From the NCBI GenBank assembly GCA_951406725.2, contig OX597827.1, positions 21,142,001-21,206,000 of the forward strand: a stretch of DNA of 64,000 nt, read 5' to 3'. Source of the DNA: Octopus vulgaris (taxonomy: Eukaryota). This document shows, in pieces, positions 26,237-39,838 of this stretch (position 1 is the first letter of the stretch; each line of letters begins with the position of its first letter). Made by a program: the position numbers and the translations under genes. The notes beneath the pieces are model-generated. The model was not told where the DNA came from and did not search any database. It saw only the letters and a list, made by a program, of their open reading frames with translations.

Positions 26237-26708
26237 CTTTTCTACTCTAGGCACAAGGCCCGAAATTTTGGAGGAGGTGGGGTATTCAATTAGATCAACC
26301 CCAGTATGCAACTGGTACTTAATTTATCGGCGAGCTGGCTCAGGGCAGCGAGCTGGCAGAAACGTTAGCACGCCGGGCGAAATGCGTAGCCGCATTTCGT
26401 CTGTCCTTACATTGTGAGTTCAAATTCCGCCGAGGTCGACTTTGCCTTTCATCCTTTCGGGGTCGATAAATTAAGTACCAGTTACGCACTGGGGTCGATG
26501 TAATCAACTTAATACCTATGTCTGTCCTGGTTTGTCCCCTCTGTGTTTAGCCCCTTGTGGGTAATAAAGAAATAGGTACTTAATTTATCGACCCCGAAAA
26601 GATGAAAGGCAAAGTCAACCTCAGTGGAATTCGGACTCAGAACACAAAGACAGACGAAATGCCGTTAAGCATTTTGCCCAGCGTGCTAATGTTTCCGCCA
26701 GCTTGCCA
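26237..26708. mobile_element. Nested SINEs: plus-strand family-2 copy inside a minus-strand relative
   Basis: 16-bp TSD GGTACTTAATTTATCG at 26314-26329 and 26575-26590. Confidence 0.85.
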
Positions 26709-27300
26709 TCTTGATGGAACAAAATGTTATTAAATGTTGGAGTAGCAAAAACAATGTGCCAACTAAAAGCTGTGCAGTATTTAATGAAGTGGGCTCTAAC
26801 ATATTGAATGTAATGAATCAATGAATTGAAATCATTCCTATAATGAGAAATCAGTCATTATATATTAATAACTAATTATAGTCAAGGGGTGACAACTTCG
26901 GTTTTGCAATTAAAACTAGAACATAGTCAAGAGAAGGTTCATCTTTGGTAGTATAGTGATACTCTGGACATGTTTCAGTCTTATTAGAATTCATCAGCAA
27001 AGTATAGCCAGTAATCATCTTGGAGCCTTCGAATCTAAGAAATTATTATTGACCTAATCATGTAATGGCAGTGAGTTGGCAGACTCAATTGGAGTGCTGG
27101 ACCAAACTCTTTGGAGCATTTGGTTGTTCACATATAGCATCAAGCACACCCTGCAAAGTGGGTGGCGTTAGGAAGGGCATCCAGCTGTAGAAACCCTGCC
27201 AAATCAGACTGGAACCTGGTGCAGCTCCCCAGCTGGCCAGTCCTGATCAAACCCTCCAACCCATGCCAGCATGGACAACAGACATTTAGATGATGATGAT

Positions 27301-27341
<41 letters not shown>

Positions 27342-27613
27342 ATGTATATAGAGGGGGCACACACACACACACACACAATAAGCAAAGTTGCAGTCTTAAT
27401 CCAAGTTTTGGTGATGCAGACTTCCACCCATCTGCATCATCAAGATTTGGCTTATTTGGAAAAAAAAGCAACAAAGCACCTCCAGTGATATTGCTGTGGG
27501 AAATGGAATATCCAGTATCTTGGGCAGGGGCCTTCTTTTGGCTTGATATGACAAGAGGAAAAAAAAATGAAAGACAAACACACACACACACACATGTACA
27601 TGCATACACATAA

Positions 27614-27660
<47 letters not shown>

Positions 27661-27663
<3 letters not shown>

Positions 27664-28898
27664 GGTCATCCCATAAATAATGCAGTTTTTTTAACTGCAT
27701 GAACAAAAAGTTGGAGGGGGATGGGATAAACTACCTGCATTAACTTGCAATAATAGCAGGTAGTAATATTACCTTGTGCTTATTCTTGGTGCAAGTTTTG
27801 AAGAGTGCAGTTTGATTTTAACAATTATTTTTTCAAAGCTATAATGGAAGTGACGAAGGAACATATTCGCCATATTTTCCTTTACGAATTCAATAAAGGC
27901 AACAGTGAAACGGAAAGTGCGAGGAATATTAATGCAGTACATGGGGATTGAACAATAAGTGTAAGCCAGAGTCAACGGTAGTTCCAGAAATTCTAAACCA
28001 GAAACAACAGCCTAGAAGATGAGCTTGGAAGATCTGTAGAGCTTGACAAGGATGTCCTGCAAACCCTGGTGGAACAAAATTTCATCAGAACTGTTGAGGA
28101 ACTAGCAGAGAAGCTTCCATTTGGTCATTCAACCATTCATCAACACCTGCATGCTATCAGAAAAGCCAGCAAATTGGATCAATGGGTTCCTTGCAAACTT
28201 TCTGAATCTAATCATGTGTAGAAAGTGAATATGTGCTCTTTGCTGTCACGTCTCACGAATGAACATTTCTTTGACCGAATAGTGACTGGTGACGAAAAAT
28301 AGGTTCTCTATAAAAATGTCAAGCACTAAAGACAGTGGGTAGGGAAAGGAGAAATACTGGCATCCCAGGCTAAAGGTCTTTACCCATGTAAAGTGTTGTT
28401 ATCTGTTTGGTGGGATATGAAAGGTTCAGTCCACTTTGAACTTTTAAACCCAAACCAAATGATAACAAAGGAGATCTACTGCAAGCAGCTTGAGTGGCAC
28501 TAGAAAAAAGACAAAAGGTGTTCTTCCATCAGGATAATGCTTGGCCACTTACAGCAAAGATGACATTCCAAAGGCTGGAGCAGTTTGAATGGGAAATGAT
28601 GCCCCACCCACCATATTCGCCAGACATTGCCCCATATGATTATCATTTATTCCGCAGTTTTCAAAATCATTTGAATGGAAAAAATATTAATTCTGTAGAG
28701 GAGGTCAGAACAGGAGTATTTTTCATCATGGACAAATGAATTTTGGAAGAGGAGCCTTGCAAGTCTACCAGATAGATGGAAGAGCATTGTAGAAAATGAA
28801 GGGGAGTACATTTTAGATTGAAAAAAAAACTTTCTTTATCTTAATTTTGAAAAATAAAAGAAGTATTAAAAAAACGCATTATTTATGGGATGACCCAA
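27661..28898 (+). mobile_element. Full-length decayed mariner transposon in a KCTD9 intron
   Basis: TIRs T(G/T)GGGTCATCCCATAAATAATGC with flanking TA. Remnants WVPCKL, IVTGDEK, HQDNA and HPPYSPDIAPYDYHLF, with stops and frameshifts. Confidence 0.95.
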
Positions 28899-28932
28899 TA
28901 CATATGTATGTATGTATGTCTTACTGCCTTAC

Positions 28933-29038
28933 CTTCCATATTAGCTTGGTGACCAGCAGGGTCTTCAAAGTTGCAACTACACAAGCTGGAACCTTCCAGA
29001 TTGGCACAAACCATTTTGATTCCTTGTAAGTTGGCACA
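28933..29038 (-). CDS. KCTD9: KCTD9 coding exon (pentapeptide repeats)
   Basis: ttcttgtag / GTAAGG, 106 nt. CANLQGIKMVCANLEGSSLCSCNFEDPAGHQANME(G). Confidence 0.96.
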
Positions 29039-30541
29039 CTACAAGAAGAAAGCAACAATCCATAGACTTGGAGCAAATAGTTGCAGCAAGCAGCAGCTGC
29101 AGTACATGGAAATAAACACTTCAATAAATATATCTAGTAAATAAAAAAACACACATACACACACACACACATGCACGCGCGTGTGTGTGTGTGTGTTTGT
29201 GAAGGCATGTGGCTTAGTGGTTAGGGTGTTGCACTCACAATTGCTAGATCATGGGTTCAATCTCTGGACCAGGCAGTATGCTGTGTTCTTAGCCAAAATA
29301 CTTCATTCATGTTGCTCCAGTCCACTAAGCTGTAAACATGCCACCCTATGATGAGCTAACCTTCCAATAAGGGGAAAAATTTGGCCTGCTTGCCTAACCA
29401 GAAGGATGACATCATTCAAAAGTTTAAAAACAATGCAAATCACACTGTGAGCAGTGATGTATAACATCAGACAGTCTGGTCAATCTCATGAGATATCTTC
29501 ACCCAAACGGCAGAGACAAGTTTAGAAGATTTTATATATTTCTGGATTATTAACCTCCGTTACCAGCGTCGCCTTACTGGCACTTATGCCTGTGCTAGGA
29601 GGGTGCCAAAAGCACCATCCGAGCATGATCGTCGCCAGAGCAGCCAACTGGCTTCCGTACCCATGGCACATACAAGGACACCATTCGAGCGTGATCGCTA
29701 CCAACGTCGCTTCACTGGCACCTGTGCCAGTGGCACGTGTAAAAAGATTCGAACGAGATCATTGCCAGTACCGCCTGACTGGCCCCCGTACAGGTGGCAT
29801 GTAAAAAGCACCCACTACACTCTCGGAGTGGTTGGCATTAGGAAGGGCACCCAGCTGTAGAAACCATGCCAGATCAAGATTGGAGCCTGGTGCAGCCATC
29901 TGGCTTGCCAGCCTTCAGTCAAAATCGTCCAATCCATGCTAGCATGGAAAGCAGACGTTAAACGATGATGATGATGATTTTTAGTGTTTATTTGCAATAT
30001 CTACAGTCTTCCTCTTATGCTACCGTCATTCATTTACTACAGTATATTTTTTACTAATGTATTCATAGCGCTGATATTACACAATGGTAAGGCATCAAGC
30101 TGGTGGAATTGTCAGCACACGTGGCAACATGCTTAGCAGCATTTCGTCCATCTTCACATTTGGAGTTCAAATTCCAATGAGATTGACTTTGCTTTTCATC
30201 CTTTCAGAGTCAATTAAGTAAGAACCCGTCTCCCAAAATTGTGGTCCTTATGCTGAAATTTGAAACCAATGATAAATACTACAGCAATGTATTTTCTGCA
30301 GTGAATATTTACTAAGTGACTATTTGCTACCATATATTTACATTTTCACTATATTTAAATTGATTCTGAGAACACCATCAGCTGACTTACTCCAGGGTCT
30401 GCATACAAAACTAGACTGTGATTCCCATAAGAATTTCACTATTGTAGTGTAGTGAACTAGTCTGGGACAATGTAGACATCTAGGAATAAGATACTGGATA
30501 ACAGTCAGAGATCAATCTAATTGGAATTTAATGTGTATATA

Positions 30542-31773
30542 CAGGGAGTGTAAGATATTTGAGGACAGATTATGTTTAGAAAAAAAAAACAGATATATAA
30601 TAACTTTATCAAAAAATGCTGTGAGGATAAAAATAAATGTTCTTTTCTATAATGTTATTCAATAAAGCCACCTTCAGCTTCAACAATCGCTTCTATATGA
30701 GATCTAAATCATCTACATGCTCAAATCAAGTGGTCCTGGTTCATTTTGGACATTACTCTGACTATGGCAGCTTTCAAAGAATCTTTGGTGTTATGGGCAT
30801 GTTCATTGACCTCTCTCTCAACAATGCTCCACATGTGTAATAGTCCAATGGATTGAGATTTGGGGAATTAGGAGGCCAAATATCAGGGGTTATGTGATCA
30901 TGAAAATTTTCAGCCATCCATTTGTGTTACTAGAGCCATGTGTGGAGTCTTGCTGAAACACATAGGGCCTTCTATTGCATGCAGTGTCTATCCAAGGCTT
31001 GGCAATTATTTCCAGGACCTCAATGTAGGCAGCAGAATTAACTCTAAGGCTCTGTGGAAATAAGTAAGAGAGGCATCACATGTCCTTCATTGCTGACAAC
31101 CCTTAAAACCATGACAGTTGCAGAAAATTTTGTATGCATAACACTTGGAAGTTCAGAAAGGTCTGCACAGAACCATCTGTCATTTCTTTTGTTAACCTTT
31201 TAATCTTGGCCGAAGTTTTTCTCATTTGAGAAAAACCAAATCATATCTTCTTCTGCTGGATTTTTCAGTTTGTTTAAGAACCTTTTAGATCTGATGTAGT
31301 GATTTTCTTTGCTTTTCCTGACAAATTGACCTTTCCACATCATATAAGACTTATATCTGATATCTTCGTGGACAACATTCCCGACACATGGAGATCTTTT
31401 GCAATTGACCTCATGGACTTTCTGGGATTATAATCAATGGTCTATTGAACTTGCTGGATAAACTCAGGTGTTCTGATGATTTCAGAGCATTTAGAATGCA
31501 TTTTATGCTTTGATACTGATGATACGTTTCCATCTTCAGTCTCTAACTCCTTACAAACTTTGTAGACAAAAGGTCTGGCAACTTTTAAAAATTGAGATAT
31601 TTCTAAATCACTATGCTCAGCCTTTATAACCACAATAACAGCATGCCTCTTCATTTCTTGAGTAAGCTGAGAGTCTGCAATTATTATTTTCTGAAACAAA
31701 GATTATACAGAGTTAGCAAAAAATGCAGCAATGACCCAAAAAAGGCATGTCCTCAAATACCTTATGAACCCTG
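30542..31773 (-). mobile_element. Decayed Tc1/mariner-superfamily transposon
   Basis: Imperfect TIRs CAGGGAGTGTAAGATATTTGAGGACA / TGTCCTCAAATACCTTATGAACCCTG with TA flanks. MKRHAVIVVIKAEHSDLEISQFLKV N-terminus and IWPPNSPNLNPLDYY near 30840-30885. Confidence 0.88.
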
Positions 31774-32189
31774 TATAATACAAATATTGTAAATGCATAC
31801 AATAAAATTTTTACACATAAAATGTGTTATGCATTGTTATGCTTGCAAAAAGATGTAAGAACAGAAAAACATTGCAACAATGTTTTATGATTAAATGGGG
31901 GATGAAGAAATGGAAGTTGTGATGTTCATGCTTTTCCCAAGGACATTAGCAGAATAAATGAAACAGCTACACTTAATTGATAGATAGTTTGAGAACACTC
32001 AGTGGGTGCTGTTGACTGTTGTATTTCAAACTGATATTCGTGATGTCTAATAACAATGAAGAACTCACCAAAGACTATCGTCCTGGATACATTATGCCTG
32101 AAAATAAAAAAGACAGGATGGCCACAGCTAGAATGCATTCTATCACAAATCTACTCAATGAAGGTTTAGTTGGAGCAATGACAACTTAC

Positions 32190-32339
32190 ATCTAAGATGG
32201 CTCCAGAAAGGTCAGACCTTTCAAAGTTACAAAATGATAGGTTGGCTCCAGATAGGTTAGCCTTTCTAAGGATTGCATACTTGAAATTTACCGACCGTAG
32301 ATCGAGTTTCGACAGGTTTGCCGACTGGAAGTTGAGGCC
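32190..32339 (-). CDS. KCTD9: KCTD9 coding exon (pentapeptide repeats)
   Basis: gcttacag / GTAAGT, 150 nt. GLNFQSANLSKLDLRSVNFKYAILRKANLSGANLSFCNFERSDLSGAILD. Confidence 0.96.
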
Positions 32340-33599
32340 CTGTAAGCAAATAATTCACTTTGGTTATTAAAACACCATCAAGGAAAAACATGGGAAGAAA
32401 GAAAATGAAATTCAGTGTTATTGAACATGTTTAGTTCATAACATGTTAGGTTAAGTAATGTGTTTAGTTAGTGATATTCTAGGAAAGTAAGACATGTTTA
32501 ATTAAGTGTTAGGTAGGTAAATAATGTGTTTAGCTAGTAGCATTACAAATCAGCTTGTTTAGTAAAGTTAGGTAAGTAATATGTATTTAGTTAGTAATAT
32601 ATCAGATTAGTAAGACAAGTGCTTGGTAAGTACTACATGTTTAGTGCAATATATTTCACAAGCATATTTTAAGTAGTAATATGTTAGATAAGTGTTTAGT
32701 TAGAGTTGTTAAGTAACGTGTTTACTATGTAATATGTTAATGAGTTTAGTTAATAACATGCATGGTAACATCAAAATAACAATAGTCATTTTAATTATTT
32801 ACTAATTGCTATGTGATATTTGCTTCTGCACAGCATTTAATTAATAACAGGTTAAGGTATGTGTTTAGTTACTAAAATGTTAGTTTTTTAAGACATGGGT
32901 TTAATCAGTAAGGTGTTAGGTTAAGACATGTTAATTAATAATAGGTTATTTAAGACATGTTTAGTTAGTAATTAGTTATTATTAAGATCTGTTTAGTGAG
33001 AAAGACGTTGGATTAATAAGATGAGTTTCATAATAGAGAATGGAATCTATTAATTGTGGTGCAAGAACATTGTTTGAACTGTGAAGTCAAAAGAAATAAA
33101 GATAGCAAGAGAAAATAGAAAAGACAGATTACAAAGATAAAGAGTGGGGGGAGGGGGAGAAATTAAGAAGAAAATGAAGAGAGGAAGAAAGAAAGAAAAA
33201 AGAAAAGAGAGAAAGAGATGAGAAATAAAGAGAGAAAATAAGAACCCAAACAGAGTTGAAATGGGGTCAGTTTCTTGGGTTTCCTAGTAATTCATTCATT
33301 CTTGATAACCTGAATGATTGCAGGTGTTTTATGATGCAGTCATGGAATTCCATCACTGGAATCCTAGAAAATGTCCAGGTTTCAACAACATACCAAAGAA
33401 TAGACTACTGTGCTGCAAATGTTGTGCTGAATTCGAGTGGAAACCTGACAACTGTTCCATAGTTGTAGATACAAATACAGTTCTTGTCTTTGACAGTTCA
33501 GGCTTAACATGACTGTCTCTCAATAAGTGAAAGTCTTGGACAGTTTTCAGGTTATTACCATTGACTATTACTTCCTTCGTGTATTAACAACTTATTGAG

Positions 33600-34240
33600 C
33601 AAATATGGTGATCCCGATAAAACCTCAGCTCCCTATGATGGTCACCCTCCACACACTGCAAAGATGGCAACAATTCCAAACATACCTTGGACACAATTAC
33701 AGTCTCAGTACTAAACAATGTTCTTCATCTTTCTCCCAGCAAGGAGAGGAGACCCTTTCTGTACTCTTCAAACACCCACAAAATTATTAACCATCCTGAC
33801 AACCTTGAACACCATTTTGAATTCCATATGTCTAACACACGTGGGCATACCTACAAAGTCAGAAAACAGCAAAGCTCCCATGACTTTCGGAAACATTTCT
33901 TCACATTCGGAGTTGCTGAAGCATGGAACAAACTACCTGCATCAGTTGTTAGTTGCCGAGACATTGCTTCCTTTAAAACCTCCATGTTTCCTGAAATTCG
34001 CCAACGCTACACCTGATATCCCCCACTCCATACACATGCACACATGTATATCATGACTCATACACTGTTCACCTTCCTGACTTTTGTACATAATTCTATG
34101 TACTATACATGCACCTTTGATGAGTTGTGGTGCACCTGAGCACTATACACAATAATTTCATTATTATTATAATTATTATCATTATTATTATTATCATTAT
34201 TACTACTACTACTACTACTACTACTATTATTATTATCATC
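33600..34240 (+). mobile_element. CR1/L2-clade LINE 3' fragment with (ATT)n tail
   Basis: NTRGHTYKVRKQ...FRKHFFTFGVAEAWNKLPASVV...IASFK is a typical CR1-group ORF2 C-terminus. Confidence 0.85.
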
Positions 34241-34858
34241 ATCATACAGTCCTGCCAAACTGAATATCTCTTTAATGCCAACCATTTTAGAGCAAGACCA
34301 AAGTCTACCGTATCTTTGTAAAAGAACCACTCAATACAGGTGACTGTCTGCCAGTCCACGCAGACAATGGAGTGGATCCTGCCTCTGCTGAATCAAAACA
34401 ATTTTATCTCAAAATCGGTTTTGAAGTTTTATCTTAAAAAAAACAAAAAAAAAAAAAAAGACACACACGTGCTGCTCTTCCAACCAAACCCCAATGACTG
34501 GAAAATCTCAGCTGCGTGGGACGCACAGCAACATCCCAACACGAGATCTGCTACTTTGGCATTGGTTTTCCTTTACTAGTAGAAATGTGAAGGTTTTTAA
34601 CAAATCGAAACAAATGGAATTCCTGGATTCCATTCGTATTGGTAAGCAATCAGTTGTGAAGTAGAAACAGGGTCTGGTGTCGTTAGCCAGGCAAAGAGAG
34701 AAGGGTTTATATGCCTTGCCCAACACAATGCCTTCACTGAGGATGGAACTCACACACATATGAGCAGGCATCAAGTTCATCCATTTCACAGCCATTAAGC
34801 CTTATCTACTTTTCAACATTATATACATAAGTTCGTCTACGTGTATGTGTGTGCCTAT

Positions 34859-34975
34859 AAGCAAGTATGTGTGTATGTGTGTGTAAGCAAGTATGTGTGT
34901 ATGTGTGTGTAAGCAAGTATGTGTGTATGTGTGTGTAAGCAAGTATGTGTGTATGTGTGTATGTGTGTGTGTGTG
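34859..34975. repeat. 26-bp tandem repeat, about 4 copies
   Basis: Unit AAGCAAGTATGTGTGTATGTGTGTGT. Confidence 0.85.
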
Positions 34976-35067
34976 ATGATAAAGAATTGAATACAATTGA
35001 ATACAGAATGTTTTCTAAAATCTCGTGAAAATATAGAAAGGATTTACAAAACTGTCCCTTTTTCCTT

Positions 35068-35441
35068 CTTTATTTGCTGAGTGTGGAGGAAGGGTCAGAG
35101 CCCATGACCTTTGTTCTTTATTTGCTGAGTGTGGAGGAAGGGTCAGAGCCCATGACCTTTGTTTTTTATTTGCTGAGTGTGGAGGAAGGGTCAGAGCCCA
35201 TGACCTTTGTTCTTTATTTGCTGAGTGTGGAAGAAGGGTCAGAGCCCATGACCTTTGTTCTTTATTTGCTGAGTGTGGAGGAAGGGTCAGAGACCATGAC
35301 CTTTGTTCTTTATTTGCTGAGTGTGGAGGAAGGGTCAGAGACCATGACCTTTGTTCTTTATTTGTTGAGTGTGGAGGAAGGGTCAAAGCCCATGACCTTT
35401 GTTCTTTATTTGCTGTGGAAGGGTCAGAGCCCATGACCTTT
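35068..35441. repeat. 48-bp minisatellite, about 7.8 copies, intronic
   Basis: Unit CTTTATTTGCTGAGTGTGGAGGAAGGGTCAGAGCCCATGACCTTTGTT with no spacers. Confidence 0.95.
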
Positions 35442-36033
35442 CTGGACTCCAAGACTGGTTGAGGTTGATGTGGTTTGTGTTCTGTTTAGGTAAACATCTC
35501 CAGGAAAGACAGGAGCAGGAAAAAACTCATCCTGCAATGGGGAAAAAGGATTGGGCAAAGTGATTAGTGTGGGGGGAAAGAAGGAGATTGTATTATACCC
35601 CCAAGAGAGATGAGAGGTGGAGAGACAAGCGGGTGAGAGGTGCCTGAGAGGTGGAAGTATGAAACCAGTGAGCTGGTAGAAACAGGGGCCATTACGGTAG
35701 TTTGCATCAGGGAAAGAAGGAACACAGCAAAAGCCAAGTTAAATAACCATGCAAGCATCAAATAGGAAAGAGACACAATTGGACATTATGGAAGCAAAAA
35801 TATAAAAACCACACAATGAACCCTCTATATGTCGCTCAACCTGCTAAAAATATCAGCTTAAATCATACCCTACTGTCTTAAAGATAAAGGAACACCTTGA
35901 ATAATGGGGTCTCAGCTATGCTGTGTCTGAAAAATAAAATAAGCTGAAGTGGTCATGGCTGGGATGGCATTGATTATAGAGATCTACTCAATGCTGGCTG
36001 ACCTGGGGCTAAACAACAAACACTTTTACTCAC

Positions 36034-36129
36034 CTGGCATCGTAGTTCAGACCTTGCTGATGTAGACATTAACCTTAATACAAACTCACGTCGATTGATT
36101 GGGGTCGAATCATCAGCAGGGGCTTCACG
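36034..36129 (-). CDS. KCTD9: KCTD9 coding exon
   Basis: ttgttgtag / GTGAGT, 96 nt. REAPADDSTPINRREFVLRLMSTSARSELRCQ, cf. SPISRKEFVRFLLATPTKSELRCQ. Confidence 0.94.
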
Positions 36130-37421
36130 CTACAACAACAACAACAAGAAGCAATTTTGAACAGAGATGCAAGACCAAGAAAGTTTAAAAGGGTCCCAAT
36201 TTCCATTTACACAATTTCATCTTCAGTAGGACTGAAACCCTGCAACAGTATGATGACAAAATCAATCTAACCACTCAACCAAAATACATTGACAGATCAA
36301 AATAAAGATGGCAGGGAAATTCATCAGAAAACAAATTTATCATATGAACAGTGAGAAGGCTTATTTGCAACCCCACTTGTGCCCCAAACAGCATCATCTT
36401 CACTTCTATCGTATAATAAAAACTGCTCATCCACTTCAAGAAATACCCACTTCTTCCAGTTGGGATTCCAGGGGTGTGTTTGGTTCTTCTTTGGCCTCCT
36501 GCCTTTAATAATCTTTTCTACTCTAGGCACAAGGCCCAAAGTTTTTTTTGGGTTTTTTTTTTGGGGGGGGGTCGAATAGTTCAACCCCAGTACACAACTA
36601 GTACTTAATTTATCGACTCCCGAAAGGATGAAAGGCAAAGTCGACCTCGGCGGAATTTGAACTCAGAACGTAAAGACAGACAAAATACCACTAAGCATTT
36701 CACCAGGTGTGCTAACGAGTCTGCCAGCTCGCTGCTTTATGTGCGAAAGGGGAATTTTCTTACAGCAAAAATGTTTACGGTTAAATTTCCTCTACTCATT
36801 ATAGTAATTACAGTGATCAGAGAATGTGTAACCAATGATTCCAGCATCGGTTAATTAGCAGAACAGGTTTCTAGTTTCCCAGCCACTTTGGAAGCATGGC
36901 CGTTCTGTGATAGGTCGAGGGGGCTTTAAACATATAATCCCAGTTTACCCAGTTTGTAGGCATGTGGTTAAGAAGTTTGCTTCCCAATCCAATGGTTTTA
37001 AGTTCAGTTCCACTGTGTGCTACCTTGGCTGTTTTCTACAATAGTCTCTCAGACTAAGGCTTTGTGAAAGGACTTGCTAAACACTAACTGAAAGAAAACC
37101 GTCCTATATGTGCGTGTGTACGTGTGTGTATGTGTGCACATATGTGTGTGTGCATGTGTACATGTCTGCATGTGTGTGTGCGTGCATCTTGATATCACAT
37201 GACAGTTGTAACTGAGTGTCCCTGTCATACAAGCTGAGTCATTCTTTCCAATATTCTAAGAGAATATGTTTGGCAATGCTCCTTTGAGATTGATGCTGTT
37301 TATTCTCTCACTCAAATGGGTTCCATTTTGTAATTTCTCACAGAAGCAGTTTGAGGTTGAAGTCCCACCCACTGGCCTAACACCAATCTGGACTGCGAAG
37401 ATTAAAGATATAAAACCTTAC

Positions 37422-37489
37422 CTCGATAATTTCTTCCAATAATCCAACCAGATAATCCAGACCAAAAAATCGAGCCTCTTCTAATACAC
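37422..37489 (-). CDS. KCTD9: KCTD9 coding exon (BTB end)
   Basis: (att)n-gcag / GTAAGG, 68 nt. (G)VLEEARFFGLDYLVGLLEEIIE. Confidence 0.95.
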
Positions 37490-37509
37490 CTGCAATAATA
37501 ATAATAATG

Positions 37510-37551
<42 letters not shown>

Positions 37552-37554
<3 letters not shown>

Positions 37555-38108
37555 GCCCTGATGCAGTACCAGGCAGTGGCTCTCATGGCTTCTGATCTTA
37601 ACTGATTGGAAGTGTTATCATGTACATTGTTTTGTCTTGGGAAAGAAGATGGGCTACAGCAAATATTCTGCTCAATACCACAGATTTGCTTGTCAGTTGT
37701 TTGACCTTAACCAGTTGAGCATGTCCCTTAGTGGCTGACGATATGTGCATCTCTGATCACGAGCAGAAGTAGTGGGGGAGCATCATAGCCATGTGTTGAG
37801 AGGGATTCTTTGGGGTTTGAATAATTCACCTCTGGAAACATGGGTGGTTCTTTCAACATCCTTAAACAACCCTTATTCAGGGACCTTTTGAGCGGGATGG
37901 GCTACTCAACCTGAAGAAAATTCTAACTGGGCCCCACCTGCAAGGTCATGTGCTGTTTATCTTGATATGAGATCACCATGTCGCGCACATATGGTTGTGA
38001 TGCATGTGCCTGGTGTACCTTTATCAGACGGGTAGTCATGATGGGTATATTGGGTTTCGTATATTTTACCCCAGTGTCACTTTGATGGCATGAACTGCTC
38101 TCTCACTC
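37552..38108. mobile_element. Unclassified retroposon-like repeat embedded in (AAT)n
   Basis: Flanked on both sides by (AAT)n. A diverged reverse-complement copy lies at about 52165-52337. Confidence 0.6.
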
Positions 38109-38152
<44 letters not shown>

Positions 38153-39838
38153 TAATAATAATCGTTTAACTTCCACTTTCCATGCTAGCATGGGTTGGAC
38201 GGTTTGACTGAGGACTGGTGAGCCAGAAGGCTGCACCAGGCTCCAATCTGATCTATCAAAGTTTCTACAGCTGGATGCCCTTCCTAATGCCAACCACTCC
38301 AAACATGTAGTGGGTGCTTTTTACGTGCCACCGGCATGGGAGCCAGTCAGGCGGCACAGGCAACGAACATGCTCAAATGGTGCCTTTTACATGCCACCAG
38401 CATGGGAGCCAGTCAGGCGGTATTGACATCGACCGCGCTCGAATGATGCTTTTTATGTGCCATAATGATCCTTTCTACTAAAGGCACAAGGCCTAAAATT
38501 TTGTGGGAGGAAACTAGTCGATCAAATTGACCCCAGTGTTTCACTGGTACTTAATTTATTGACCCCAAAAAAGATGAAAAGCAAAGTCGACCTCGGCGGA
38601 ATTTGAACTCAGAACATAAGGATGGGCAAAATGCTGCCAAGCATTCCGCATGTCATGTTAAGAATTCATTCAGCTCACCACCACTTCCTCCCCCTCCTCC
38701 TCAATGGCAACGACCAGTCCCAGAAAGATGATAGGTGAGACCAACTCTGGCAGGATTTGAACTCAGAAAGTAAAAAGATATAACAAAGCAAAAAGTTTGG
38801 GGGGGGGGGGAGTAAACACAAATAAAAACTAGTGGAGCTGCTGGGGGTGGGGTGGGGGAGAAAATATTAAATGAAACACAAGGTTCAGTTAAAAGCTGGG
38901 AAAGAATAAAATACATAGAATAGACAAATAGTGTCTGTGTGTCTTTTATCATTTGCTCGTTTCAGTCATTTGACCACAGTGATGCTGCAGCACCACCTTG
39001 AAGAATTTTTTTGTCGAAATGATGATGATGAGGACTGTCACTGCATCAGTTACAACAATAAGGGTTTCAGTTCATCTGAACGACAGAACAGCCTATTCAT
39101 GAAATTAACGTATAAGCGGCTGAGCATTCCACAGACATGTACCCTTAATGTAGTTCTCAGAGAGATTCAGCCTGATACAGAATGTGACAAGGCTGGCCCC
39201 TTTGAAATTACAGGTACAATTCATTTTTGCCAGCTGAGTGGATTGGAGCTACATGAAGTAAAGTGCCTCGCCCAAGAACACAACGCGTAGCCAGGAATTG
39301 AACTCAAGACCTTACAGTCATGAGCCGATTACCTTAATCACTAAGCCACACACAATGGCCTTCTTTCACTTTCCATTTGCCAAATCCACTCACAAGGCTT
39401 TGGTTGGCCCAAGGCTATAGTAGAAGGCACTTGCCCAAGGTGCCACACAATGGGACTGAACCCAGAGCCATGTGGTTGGGAAGCAAACTTCATACCACTC
39501 AGCCATACACATATACATACACACATACAGACACCCACACACATGCAAGCGTAATGGTGAGTGACTTATAGGCTGGTAAGGGAGTTAGTCTCCTTGATTT
39601 TCTGGAACACGGTTGTCCTCTGAATAGCAATGCATTCAGACCATTGGTACTTATGATCCACCCCCAAGAGACTAGGATGATTTCAATCAATCAAGAATCT
39701 ATGCTGTTTAGTATTTGATTGAATCCAAAAGCAAAGGAGTGACATTCTTCCCTCACGTAGCCATAACTACAAACAACTGACAGATTGACAAAACAATACT
39801 GAAAAAAGCAAAAAAAAGTCATTTTAAAAATGGTTTAC

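Noticed and set aside
35068-35441. CRISPR-like array (also considered for 15591-15748 and the RTE 3' UTR subrepeats)
   Set aside because: Head-to-tail units with no unique spacers, no cas genes, and a eukaryotic intron or TE context.
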